NCBI GenBank assembly: GCA_964625085.1
Contig: CAZVAJ010000003.1
Span: 16,868-80,867, forward strand
Reading direction: 5' to 3'
Source: Candidatus Micrarchaeota archaeon
Lineage (GTDB): Archaea; B1Sed10-29; JAJSAI01
DNA: 64,000 bases
In this document: one piece after another, positions 1-9,324 of the stretch
Position numbering within the stretch: position 1 is the stretch's first letter
Layout of the letters: each line of letters opens with the position of its first letter
Notes under the pieces: model-generated
The model's database searches: none
Told to the model about the DNA's origin: nothing
The model's input: the letters and a program-made list of their open reading frames with translations, nothing else
Position numbers and translations under genes: made by a program

Positions 1-315
1 CCTCTGACCTACTATCCTTACGCCTTCTGCTTTCTTCCATTTCTTTTTCTTCAGCTCAGCAGGGAGTTCCTCTTCCACAAGAACAACATACTCTGGCGGA
101 GGCAGCACCCTCTTGTGAAATTCTTTGAGGTAATCCTGAAGCACTGGATCATCGACCTTGTGAATCACGTCCAAAATAAGCTGATCCAAAGGAACATGAT
201 ACTCACGGGAAATGCGCCGCAATTTCCTTTCAACCTTCCTGCGATTATACTCTCCTCTACGCCAGTCTTCTGAAAGTTCTTCCAAAATAGCAGACAGAGC
301 ATCAGATACTGTCAT
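1..315 (-). CDS. hypothetical protein (partial, runs off window start)
   Basis: Manual translation from ATG at 315: MTVSDALSAILEELSEDWRREEYNRRKVERKLRRISREY..., open to position 1. Not in the ORF track. Confidence 0.6.
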   Translation of the reverse strand, partial: MTVSDALSAILEELSEDWRRGEYNRRKVERKLRRISREYHVPLDQLILDVIHKVDDPVLQDYLKEFHKRVLPPPEYVVLVEEELPAELKKKKWKKAEGVRIVGQR

Positions 316-403
316 AATTGGCCCTCTTACCAATATTAACGCAAGAGGGAGTATAAAAAATCACAGGATAACTCTTTTTAATAACCCTTTCCTTTCCTTG
401 AAC

Positions 404-1621
404 ATGATAAGCCTAAAAGGACTTCCAGGACCTAAAGCAAAGATATTCGCTAAAACCATGGGATTATTAAACGGAGGACATTCACAACCTTACCCTGCGG
501 TACTCTCAGGCGAAGGGGAAGGATGCTATGTCAAGGACATTGACGGAAACATGTTTCTTGACATGACCTCCCTCCTGTGCACGGCACCTCTTGGATTCAA
601 TCACCCCAGGCTCCTGAAAATCGTGAGAAAGTATTCTAGTAGGGCACCCTTGAAAATTGCCGGGCAAGATTTTTACGTGCAGGAACACCTTACCCTTTTA
701 GAAGAGCTTGGTAGCATAACTCCAAAAGAGATTAATGCAGGGTTTATATGCAACTCTGGAGCAGAAGCTGTTGAGAACGCGCTGAAAATCGCGTTCTATA
801 ATAAACGGGGAAACAGCGGCATATCCTTGCACAATGCGTTCCACGGAAGAACTCTTGGAGCACTTTCCTTAACAAACTCAAAAAGTGTTCATAAGAACCG
901 TTTCCCAAGTTTTGCGTTCCACAGGCTCCCGTTCAACCAAGAAAGTGTAGTGGAATTTGACAGAATACTTTCGCAAGAAGGAGAAGAAAACATTTCTTTC
1001 CTGATAGTAGAACCAGTGCAAGGAGAAGGAGGATACATTCCTGCAGGAACCTGGCTAAAACAGCTTGTTGACCTTGCTAAAGCAAGCGGTGTCAGGGTAA
1101 TATCTGATGAAATTCAAGCAGGACTTGGAAGAACAGGCGAATGGTGGAGTATTCAGAACTATGACGCCCAGCCTGACATAATAACAAGTGCTAAAGCCCT
1201 GCAGGTCGGGGCCACAATGGCAAACAGAAAACTATTCCCACCCTCTGGAGCAATGTCCAGCACATTCGGAGGAGGAGACATACTCGCAATGGCTGTAGGC
1301 ACTGAAACGATCCGGGTTATAAAGGACGAAAAACTGCTTGATAATGTCAAAAAAATGGGGCGGGTTATCCTTGAAAGGCTCCAGGAGTACGAGGACAATA
1401 TTTCAAGAATTGAAGGCATTGGTCTTATGATCGGCCTGCAACTGCACTCAGAAAAATCAAGGGACAAGCTTGTAAGAGAACTTTTCAAGAGAAAGGTGTT
1501 TGTTCTTCCAGCAGGGAAAAGAAGGGTCAGGCTAGCGCCAGCGTATATTATTGGGGAAACTGAGATTGACAAGTTTTTTGAAGCTTTTGACCCTGCTTTG
1601 AAAACAACAACAAAGCACTGA
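404..1621 (+). CDS. class III PLP aminotransferase (acetylornithine/GABA/lysine aminotransferase family)
   Basis: Motifs NSGAEAVENA, FHGRT, EPVQGEGG, DEIQAGLGRTG, SAKAL, SSTFGG. Start moved to ATG 404 because the longer ORF overlaps the divergent gene. Confidence 0.9.
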   Translation: MISLKGLPGPKAKIFAKTMGLLNGGHSQPYPAVLSGEGEGCYVKDIDGNMFLDMTSLLCTAPLGFNHPRLLKIVRKYSSRAPLKIAGQDFYVQEHLTLLEELGSITPKEINAGFICNSGAEAVENALKIAFYNKRGNSGISLHNAFHGRTLGALSLTNSKSVHKNRFPSFAFHRLPFNQESVVEFDRILSQEGEENISFLIVEPVQGEGGYIPAGTWLKQLVDLAKASGVRVISDEIQAGLGRTGEWWSIQNYDAQPDIITSAKALQVGATMANRKLFPPSGAMSSTFGGGDILAMAVGTETIRVIKDEKLLDNVKKMGRVILERLQEYEDNISRIEGIGLMIGLQLHSEKSRDKLVRELFKRKVFVLPAGKRRVRLAPAYIIGETEIDKFFEAFDPALKTTTKH

Positions 1622-1648
1622 AAAAAATACCTTGAAAAGAAAAAAGGC

Positions 1649-2164
1649 TCATCTTCTGAATCTGAATAATTTCTTCAGTCTTTCTGAAAGGGTGAGCGGC
1701 GGTTTTATGAATATCTTTTTCTCAGGAGTGCCTGGCTCTCTTTCCATCACTGGGAGTTTCTGATGAGAAAAGACTCTTCCTGTTTTTTTGTACCCCATTT
1801 TCTCATGAAACACTTCTTTTCCAGGCTCTGAAGCCAACCACATCCTCTTGTCTCCAAATTCCAACTGGGAGAATGTACTCAATGCAGAAGCAAGTCCCCT
1901 TCCTTTGTACTTCTTGTCTATCTCAACGTGAGCCATTCTCTCTCCCTTGTCAGAATGATGCACGTTAAGGTAACCGATTCTTTTTCCCTCACCTGCTTCA
2001 GGATTGTAAACGGTTATCGTGTACGTTACTCCTCCAGCAGGCCATACGTCTGTTTCAGTGCGCCAGAACACGAATACTTCTTTTGACTTTGGCTCTCCGT
2101 AAACGAGAAGAGGTTTCCCGTACTCTTTTTCTTCCTTCTTTGTCCAAAATTTCTTGGACTTCAT
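1649..2164 (-). CDS. GNAT-like orphan protein with basic termini
   Basis: VEIDKKYKGRGLASAL acetyl-CoA motif A-like and FHEKMGY motif B-like. Confidence 0.6.
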   Translation of the reverse strand: MKSKKFWTKKEEKEYGKPLLVYGEPKSKEVFVFWRTETDVWPAGGVTYTITVYNPEAGEGKRIGYLNVHHSDKGERMAHVEIDKKYKGRGLASALSTFSQLEFGDKRMWLASEPGKEVFHEKMGYKKTGRVFSHQKLPVMEREPGTPEKKIFIKPPLTLSERLKKLFRFRR

Positions 2165-3735
2165 ATTCTCTCCTTCTGTATCTCTACGCTCACGAATACA
2201 GGGCCTTTTAGTGAAAGGCGTTTCTTGTGCGCAGTAACATACCTCTGCACCAGAGGATGGACTGAAATGTTTATGTCTTGTCCTGATTTCACGTTCTTGA
2301 ACTGAATTATCTTGTGAAATTCTGTCATGGCCTCTGCTTCTGATGCCACGAATGCACCTATTGCGTCCCTGAAAGAGATTCCTGTCTTAACTCCTTTTTC
2401 CAACGCGTTCTTGACCAAATCATTCTGGAAAGCGCCGGCTGACGGAGGTAATGCCATAACGTTTCCATCGTACACTATCACTTCATTTAAAGCAGCTGGA
2501 CCGCACAAACTTTTTCCCTCCTCTTTTTCAAACACCCACACTGTAACGTGGTGTTTTCCAAGGTCGCGGTCGTACACCTTGTACCTTGCAGGAGCCTGTG
2601 AGTTCCCGTACTCCAAAATGGCATTTGATACACTTGACGCGATAAGCTTGCCTTCTGGAGCTGAAGGCTTCTTGTCAATGTAAACATGCTCTGCTATTTC
2701 ATGGTCTGAAAGAACAAAAGGAGCAAGAGCCTGCTTGTAAACCAGCTGCCTAACGTCTTTGTATCCATGTTGAATCATTGCAATCCGTTCCATGCCCATC
2801 CCGAAATTGAACACAGGAATGTTTATGCCGTAATTTGAAAGCGCGATTGGGGAATACATTCCAATGTCCGCAATTTCAATCTTCTTTTTACCATACCTCG
2901 CGAAAACTTCCTCTTCCATTCCCTTAGCGTAGTACTTTGAAGTGGCTTTTTTCCTCACGAATTCTACTTCACTAAAACCGATTTCCTCAAGCACTTTCTG
3001 TGTTATCTCTCTGCCCGCGGAAAGGCTCATGTTCTCGTGAGCTATTACTGCAGAAGCACCAAGATGCGCTCTCAGGTGGTGGGCATCTTCTTTTTGCTCT
3101 CTCCTGAATCTGTACCCTATAGAAAACAGAGCTACTGGCGTAAACCTTTTCTTGAGAACTTCCTGCAGGGTAAGGAACCATCCTGCAGTCATATGGGACC
3201 GTAAGGTCTGTGTGCTTGGAACTGGCTTAAGTTCAGAAAACTCTCTGAAAACGTCTGACACAAGGGCTGATGCCTGTTCTTCCTCGATTCCCAGCTTTTT
3301 AACAAGTTCTTCTAGGAAATCGTCTCCTTCTATTTTTCCTTCCCTGTACGCCCGCAGGATTTCTTGAAGAACATCATATCCTGAAAATCCGGGGATTATA
3401 CTAGATATTTTTTCCTTTTTCTCAGGAGAAAGGCCTATATCCGGCCTTTCAAGCCCTGCAAGGTAGTAGACCCTGTCAAGTATAACCGGCGCTTCTGGCC
3501 CGTACTGGTGGTACACATGGGAAACGTCTATTATTGTCTTGTTTATAGCTTCTTCAAAACCGTGTTTTATGAACGCGGCCCTTACCTTCTGCCTTAGCTC
3601 TTCAAGAGGGTGAGGAGTATTGTTTTTCCCAAGGGTTATCTTTGGCCCTGTTTCAAGCAAAAGCTTTGATGACTCTGTCCAAGTCTTTTCAAAATCTTGC
3701 TCTGACAGTTGCTTTATTTTTTCAGGATCCCACAC
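2161..3735 (-). CDS. sepS: O-phosphoseryl-tRNA(Cys) synthetase (SepRS)
   Basis: DFEKTW N-terminus, QYGPEAPVILDRVYYLAGLERPDIG, LRSHMTAGWF, FRREQKED, SKYY, GMERIAM, LCGPAALNE. Confidence 0.92.
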   Translation of the reverse strand: MWDPEKIKQLSEQDFEKTWTESSKLLLETGPKITLGKNNTPHPLEELRQKVRAAFIKHGFEEAINKTIIDVSHVYHQYGPEAPVILDRVYYLAGLERPDIGLSPEKKEKISSIIPGFSGYDVLQEILRAYREGKIEGDDFLEELVKKLGIEEEQASALVSDVFREFSELKPVPSTQTLRSHMTAGWFLTLQEVLKKRFTPVALFSIGYRFRREQKEDAHHLRAHLGASAVIAHENMSLSAGREITQKVLEEIGFSEVEFVRKKATSKYYAKGMEEEVFARYGKKKIEIADIGMYSPIALSNYGINIPVFNFGMGMERIAMIQHGYKDVRQLVYKQALAPFVLSDHEIAEHVYIDKKPSAPEGKLIASSVSNAILEYGNSQAPARYKVYDRDLGKHHVTVWVFEKEEGKSLCGPAALNEVIVYDGNVMALPPSAGAFQNDLVKNALEKGVKTGISFRDAIGAFVASEAEAMTEFHKIIQFKNVKSGQDINISVHPLVQRYVTAHKKRLSLKGPVFVSVEIQKERI

Positions 3736-3741
3736 CTTTTC

Positions 3742-4437
3742 TCACCTACAAACCGGGCAGTCCACCCTCTTTTTTATCCTTACTTTTTCCATGCTGCTGG
3801 TATTTAACCCATACCCTACAAGCACACTCTGCTGGTTTGTCAACAGCAGAACAGTGGAGATGGATGCAGCAACCTTGGCGGTCTCAGGCAATACACCTAT
3901 TTGCCTTGCTCCTGGCGCGCACGAAGACTCTCTCACTTTTCTGCCTGGAAAAACGCACTCCAAGCAGGGACCTCCTGCAGGAAAGTATGCTGACATTCCG
4001 GAAAATCCTGCGCACGCAGACAGTATATAATCCTTGCCATACTTTACAGTAAGCAGGTTAAGTTCAAACCTTAAGCTCATACTGTCAAGCCCGTCCATCA
4101 CAACATCGCAAGAGGATATTGTCTTTTCCGCATTCCTAAAATCACTGTCAACCGTGCGAACAATAATATTTTCGTTTATCCGCTTAAGCGTTAAGGATAG
4201 TGCTTTGGTTTTCTGCAGTCCTTTCTGGTCTTGAAAGAACTCCTGTGTTCCTATGTTCGGTGTTTCCACCTTATCAAGATCCACTAGTGTGATTTTACTG
4301 AAACCGTTCCGCGCAAGATTGATCGCGATGTTTGACCCTATAGCGCCTGTCCCAACCACGCACACGTGCTTTTTTCTCACGTTCTCAAAAGCTTCTCCCA
4401 AGAGAAGTTTTTGCCTGTCAAGCTCTGTACTGCTCAT
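3742..4437 (-). CDS. ThiF/MoeB/E1-like adenylyltransferase (UbaA-like)
   Basis: VGTGAIG, DLDKVETPN, DGLDS, CLEC and C-terminal CPVC Zn motifs. Confidence 0.88.
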   Translation of the reverse strand: MSSTELDRQKLLLGEAFENVRKKHVCVVGTGAIGSNIAINLARNGFSKITLVDLDKVETPNIGTQEFFQDQKGLQKTKALSLTLKRINENIIVRTVDSDFRNAEKTISSCDVVMDGLDSMSLRFELNLLTVKYGKDYILSACAGFSGMSAYFPAGGPCLECVFPGRKVRESSCAPGARQIGVLPETAKVAASISTVLLLTNQQSVLVGYGLNTSSMEKVRIKKRVDCPVCR

Positions 4438-5056
4438 TCAAAACCCTCCTTATTTCTTCTGCTTTCTTCTTTCCTAATCCGGGTACTGTCATGAGCTGTT
4501 TCACGTCCGCGTTTAATACTTCCTGAACATTGCCAAACCTTTCAAGCAGTTCCACTGCCAGCTTAGGGCCGATGCCTGGAAGGGATTCTATCACCATCCT
4601 CTGGTAATCCTTCAAGGTTACTGCTTTTTTTCCCTGCTTTGCCTTAACAGGCTTGTTCAGTTCCAGTTGCTCGCGCCTGGCAATCAAGGCAAGTGTTTTT
4701 GAAGTGTCAGAAAGATTTCTTGAGAAGTAAACAGGAACACCGGAGGTAAGCATGATATGAGAAAGAGCTCCTCTTATTGCGTTTTCGTGTAGTCTGCCGA
4801 GGTATCCTGGATTTCCTTCTATCACAAGCAGGGGTTTAGAGTATGCCTGCTTGAGCCTGTCAATCTGATCAAACAACCTGCCGTCAACAAGAGAGTTCAC
4901 AAAGTCTTCTGCTGTTTTCCGTTCTACTGCAACGTCTTCGGAAAGGACATAATCTGCGATATCAAGAGTTTTGATGATCACAATGCACTCTTTTTTCAGC
5001 ATTTCAGGCAAGCCTGATGCTGTTTCTCGGTTGTCAGCGTAGACAGTTGGCTTCAT
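4418..5056 (-). CDS. ERCC4/XPF nuclease with HhH2 (nuclease half of Hef)
   Basis: DNRE, ADY, VERKTAEDF, LPGIGPKLA and VPGLGKKKA helix-hairpin-helix motifs. Confidence 0.92.
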   Translation of the reverse strand: MKPTVYADNRETASGLPEMLKKECIVIIKTLDIADYVLSEDVAVERKTAEDFVNSLVDGRLFDQIDRLKQAYSKPLLVIEGNPGYLGRLHENAIRGALSHIMLTSGVPVYFSRNLSDTSKTLALIARREQLELNKPVKAKQGKKAVTLKDYQRMVIESLPGIGPKLAVELLERFGNVQEVLNADVKQLMTVPGLGKKKAEEIRRVLNEQYRA

Positions 5057-6492
5057 ACAAACTCCCCTACTTTCTTCTGAGGGTCTTTAAGTGATCTTTT
5101 CATTTTTTTCTCTTTATTATAACTGCTCCAGTAGTAAACCTGGTCTAGTGTGTTTCGGGTCATTAGCACGTAGATCTTGCCCGGCCCGTGCCTGCCAGTC
5201 CTGCCTTTTCGTTGTATCATCCTTATTGCGCTGGGCACTGGCTCGTAAAATACCGCAAGATCAACTGAAGGAATGTCCAGACCCTCTTCTCCTATGGAAG
5301 TCGCCACGAGCACTTTTATCTCTCCAGCCCTGAACTTTTCAAGTATCTCTGCCTGCTCTTTTTGGGAATAGCCCTTTTCTTTGGCCCTGCTTGCTTGGCC
5401 TATAAACCTCTTGCACGAAAACCCTTTTTGCGTCAGAAAATGTTCTATCCTGCCAGCAGTGTCCCTGTAATTGGAAAACACAATGGCCTTTTCTGCTTTT
5501 TCTGCCGAAAGGATCTCTGCCACCTTGCCAAGCTTCGGGTGTTCAGGCGCCTGTTCTATCAGCCTCATGGCTTCCTTAACTTTCGGGTCTTCATAAATCC
5601 GGGCAGCTGCCTTTGAACCATCCTCTGAAAGAGACCGGTAGTACGCAAGTGCTTGTTCCGGGCCCTGTGTTACAAACGAAGAGATCAAGTAGTCAAGTTT
5701 TATGACCACTGCAATTCGGGAAATGATCTGGTAAAACGCAGGGTTTTCTGAAACTCTTTTACTAAGACTTTTCTGAAGCTTGAGCAGGTCTGTCTTTGTT
5801 CTTGCGCGCACGTTTTTTTCCTTAAGCCAGTTAGCATGTTCTTTTCTAACCTGTTTCAACATTCTAAAAGGCTGTTTGTATTCTTCTGGAAAGGAAAGTT
5901 CGACTATCTTCATCTTTTTCTCGTGAACGTATTTTGCCACGTCAGCATCTGATTCTGTTCTTGTTTCAACATGCACTATGCCAAGGTTCTTTTTCACTTC
6001 TTCTATTTTCTTTTTGTCACTGCCTGGAGACGCAGTAAGCGCAAGGCACACGGCATTGTCACGGTTTTTGTAGTACTCTGATGCTATGCTAACGTAAGCG
6101 TAGTCCCCTACCGCCCGGTGGGCTTCATCAAAAACCACGAGAGAATACTCGGAAAGGTCAATGATCCCTTTAGCCAGATCATTTTCTACGCACTGGGGAG
6201 TAGCGCACACAATCCTTGAACGAGAGTAGGCATCTTGCCGCTTGTCCGGGATTAGGAGGCCTGTGACAACTTCAACTTCATTTATTCCAAGGGTTTCCTG
6301 AATGCTTTTAGCATGCTGTCCCACCAGTGGCCTGCTGGGAGCCAAGAACAACACTTTTCCTTCTTTTAATTTTTCTTTTATGACAAGCATTGCAATGAAA
6401 GTTTTGCCAAGACCTGTTGGAAGCACCACCAACGTGCTCCCCTTTTCAAGAACATTCTTTGCTATGCTCTCTTGATATTCTCTGGGGCGCAT
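5053..6492 (-). CDS. Hef/FANCM/Mph1-like DEAH helicase
   Basis: PREYQ, PTGLGKT, DEAHRAVGDYAY, TASPG, ATSIGEEGLDIP, QRKGRTGR. Confidence 0.93.
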   Translation of the reverse strand: MRPREYQESIAKNVLEKGSTLVVLPTGLGKTFIAMLVIKEKLKEGKVLFLAPSRPLVGQHAKSIQETLGINEVEVVTGLLIPDKRQDAYSRSRIVCATPQCVENDLAKGIIDLSEYSLVVFDEAHRAVGDYAYVSIASEYYKNRDNAVCLALTASPGSDKKKIEEVKKNLGIVHVETRTESDADVAKYVHEKKMKIVELSFPEEYKQPFRMLKQVRKEHANWLKEKNVRARTKTDLLKLQKSLSKRVSENPAFYQIISRIAVVIKLDYLISSFVTQGPEQALAYYRSLSEDGSKAAARIYEDPKVKEAMRLIEQAPEHPKLGKVAEILSAEKAEKAIVFSNYRDTAGRIEHFLTQKGFSCKRFIGQASRAKEKGYSQKEQAEILEKFRAGEIKVLVATSIGEEGLDIPSVDLAVFYEPVPSAIRMIQRKGRTGRHGPGKIYVLMTRNTLDQVYYWSSYNKEKKMKRSLKDPQKKVGEFV

Positions 6493-6543
6493 GAATAATA
6501 TTAGACGAAAAGGAATATTAAAGCAGAATGTTTACTTTTAGTA

Positions 6544-7446
6544 ATGATCTCATACTATCGGCGCACAAAACAGGACAGTAAACTTAGGAGACTTCCAGAA
6601 TTCAGAGTAGGCTGTTGGATTAACGTGGAGGATCCGTCAGAAGAGGAACTGGAAAAACTAGCTGGTTTGCTTGACCTGGACACGGACCTTTTGAATGATG
6701 GACTGGACCCTGATGAAATACCAAGAGTAGAAGTAGAGGGAGACAAGGTCTATGTTCTGGTGAAAACAGTTGACATTAAGAATAAAGCACTTGACACACT
6801 GCTTGTGGTGGTGGGAGGAACATTTGTTCTCACACTAAGCCGTCGCCCCCAAAACTTTCTGAAAGAGATCAGGAAAACTGGAAAAGTGATAACCACACAA
6901 AGGACTAAACTTCTCATAAGCGTGCTAGACAAGAATGATCAGGAGTTAGAAGAGATGACCAACACTGTAGTTAAACAGGTTCAAAAAAGAGGCCCTCTAA
7001 AGAATATTGAGTTTTGGGAGTTAAACAATCTGCTTCAGAGCGAAGTGCTGTTGAACAATTTGGTGTCATTCTACTACTACACACGCCTTGTTTACACAAG
7101 ATTGCTTAAGACAATCAGGCTATACGAAGAAGACCGGGACATAATAGAGTCTTTGCTCACTGAATCAGAAGAGCGGTTTAACCTAAGCAAGAACGCGCTT
7201 AGAACCCTCTCCAACATAAGGGATTATTACATGATTCTCTCTTCAAGCAGGCTTAATAGGATGATTAATGTTCTCACTGTGCTAACGATTATAATAAGTA
7301 TCCCTGCAGCAATTTCAGGTGTATACGGAATGAACGTGGCTCTTCCGTTACAGCATGATCAGAATGTTTTCTTGTACATCATGGCAGTAATCTTCGGACT
7401 TTGGGCTGTATTCTTGTACTATGTCAAAAGAAGCAGGCTACTGTGA
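6544..7446 (+). CDS. corA: CorA family Mg2+ transporter
   Basis: GVYGMNV signature between two C-terminal TM helices. Confidence 0.92.
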   Translation: MISYYRRTKQDSKLRRLPEFRVGCWINVEDPSEEELEKLAGLLDLDTDLLNDGLDPDEIPRVEVEGDKVYVLVKTVDIKNKALDTLLVVVGGTFVLTLSRRPQNFLKEIRKTGKVITTQRTKLLISVLDKNDQELEEMTNTVVKQVQKRGPLKNIEFWELNNLLQSEVLLNNLVSFYYYTRLVYTRLLKTIRLYEEDRDIIESLLTESEERFNLSKNALRTLSNIRDYYMILSSSRLNRMINVLTVLTIIISIPAAISGVYGMNVALPLQHDQNVFLYIMAVIFGLWAVFLYYVKRSRLL

Positions 7447-7450
7447 TCAT

Positions 7451-8161
7451 ATGAAAAAAGAAGAATTCAAAAAAGTGTGGGAAGGAGTCTTCACACCTTA
7501 CACCATTGATAATCTCCTCTGGCTCATCAGAAGGTATTGTATTGACGGGCTAGAAGGATGCATATCAACAGGCAAAGAAGCTGATGTTTACGCAGCGTTA
7601 GCTCAGGGTAGCGAGAGAGTGGCAGTCAAGATATACCGTGTTGAAACAAGCTCATTCAGTGACATGGCAGCGTACATAGAAGGTGATCCCAGGTTCGAAA
7701 AGGTGAAAAAGGACAAACGAAGCTTGGTGGAAATGTGGGCCCGGAAAGAATTCAGGAATCTAACAGAAGCGAGAGAAGCTGGAGTGAGAGTACCTGAACC
7801 TTTATGCGTTCGGAAAAACGTGCTTGTCATGGAATTCATAGGGGAAGAGAATACACCCGCACCAACCCTAAATGACACAGGCCCTTTAAACCCAGAAAAA
7901 GAAGTCAGGACCATGACGGACTGGGTCAAGAAGCTTTACTGCAGGGATCTCGTTCATGCTGACCTGAGCGAGTTTAATATTCTCGTTAGCGGAGAAGAGC
8001 TTGTGCTTATTGACATGGGGCAGGCTGTTAGCGTGAAGCACCCTAAAGCAAGAGAGTTCTTAGAGAGGGATCTTGCAAACATACAGAAGTATGCTGAAAA
8101 AAACGGCATAAAATTTGACTCAAAAAGTGTACTGAATCAGATGTTAGAGGAGAAAAAATGA
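7451..8161 (+). CDS. rio1: RIO1 serine kinase
   Basis: STGKEADVY, AVKIYR, WARKEFRNL, VHADLSEFNIL, IDMGQAV. Confidence 0.93.
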   Translation: MKKEEFKKVWEGVFTPYTIDNLLWLIRRYCIDGLEGCISTGKEADVYAALAQGSERVAVKIYRVETSSFSDMAAYIEGDPRFEKVKKDKRSLVEMWARKEFRNLTEAREAGVRVPEPLCVRKNVLVMEFIGEENTPAPTLNDTGPLNPEKEVRTMTDWVKKLYCRDLVHADLSEFNILVSGEELVLIDMGQAVSVKHPKAREFLERDLANIQKYAEKNGIKFDSKSVLNQMLEEKK

Positions 8162-8802
8162 AGCAAATCAAGGCAGTATTGTTTGATGTTGATGGGACGC
8201 TTGTAGACGTCAGGTGCCTGCTAGAACCGTTTTACAAGGCGTGTGATGAGCTGGGAGTCATGAAAATCTCTGAAGAGACCTTCTTCTCCAAACTTGTAGG
8301 GCACAGGCCAAAGGAAAAGCTAAAAGAACTTCTTGAAGATGTGAGCGAAGAGAAGATAAACAGGCTATACCAAAAGTTCAAAGAGGAGTACCTCATGTCT
8401 GCAGAAAACTGCAAACTGCTTCCAGGCGCAAAACAGGTTCTAAGAGAACTAAAAAATAGAGGATACCTTGTAGGGATCGTGACAACAAAAGCAAGAGACA
8501 CTGCACGGGCAGTCCTCAACTCTCATGACTTAGAATATGACGTGCTTGTTTCAGCAGAAGACGTGAAAAAGATCAAGCCCGACGCAGAACCTGTGAAAAA
8601 GGCAGCGGAAAAACTAGGAGTAAAAGCAGAGGAATGCGTCGTTGTAGGAGACCACGTGTTTGACGTCTGTTCTGCTAATCAGGCCGGAGCTGTTTCAGTT
8701 GGCGTGTTAACAGGAGTCTCTTCAAAAAAGAAACTATCAGAAGCAGGAGCAAAGTTTATAATACCAGACCTCACCAAACTTTTGGAAGTCCTAGAGGGCT
8801 GA
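8158..8802 (+). CDS. HAD-superfamily hydrolase
   Basis: FDVDGTL, KPDAEP, VGDHVFD motifs. Confidence 0.9.
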   Translation: MKQIKAVLFDVDGTLVDVRCLLEPFYKACDELGVMKISEETFFSKLVGHRPKEKLKELLEDVSEEKINRLYQKFKEEYLMSAENCKLLPGAKQVLRELKNRGYLVGIVTTKARDTARAVLNSHDLEYDVLVSAEDVKKIKPDAEPVKKAAEKLGVKAEECVVVGDHVFDVCSANQAGAVSVGVLTGVSSKKKLSEAGAKFIIPDLTKLLEVLEG

Positions 8803-8804
8803 TC

Positions 8805-9320
8805 ATGGAATACGAGAACGAAATAACACTCCCTAAACACAGGATAGCCGTACTCATCGGACACAAGGGTGAAACAAAGCAGAGAATAGAGAATGAAACA
8901 GGCGTAAAGATAAAAGTGAACTCAAGAACCGGGACAGCAGTGATAACCCGAACAGACAAAACAGACCCACTATTAGGAATAAAAGCTATAGATATTATCA
9001 GAGCCATAGCATGCGGGTTTTCTCCCGAAAAAGCTTTTAAACTGCTTTCTCCTAACAGATACTTAGAGGTAGTAGACCTTGAGGAACACTCCAGTACCAG
9101 AGATTTACATAGGATAAAATCTCGCATTATAGGCACTGACGGAAAGGTAAGGAAGGGCATAGAAAACAGCACAGGAACATGCATTTCAGTATCTGAAAAA
9201 ACAGTAGGCATCATTGGAGATGCTGAAGGGGTTAGAACAGCCAAGGAAGCGGTGCTAAAGCTAGTTGAAGGCGCGTCCCATTCCTCTGTCTTCCGGTTCC
9301 TCGAGAAGCACAAGAGGTGA
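8805..9320 (+). CDS. KH-domain rRNA processing protein (Dim2/Pno1-like)
   Basis: Two KH GxxG motifs (LIGHKGET, IIGTDGK), GFSPEKA, conserved rio1 neighbourhood. Confidence 0.88.
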   Translation: MEYENEITLPKHRIAVLIGHKGETKQRIENETGVKIKVNSRTGTAVITRTDKTDPLLGIKAIDIIRAIACGFSPEKAFKLLSPNRYLEVVDLEEHSSTRDLHRIKSRIIGTDGKVRKGIENSTGTCISVSEKTVGIIGDAEGVRTAKEAVLKLVEGASHSSVFRFLEKHKR

Positions 9321-9324
9321 AAAA

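Noticed and set aside
212..403. N-terminal extension of the aminotransferase ORF
   Set aside because: It overlaps the divergent minus-strand gene and the AT-rich promoter region. Family similarity begins at Met 404.
2161..3735. PheRS alpha subunit call
   Set aside because: Class II motifs are shared, but QYGPEA, RSHMT, SKYY and CGPA motifs and the length are SepRS-specific.
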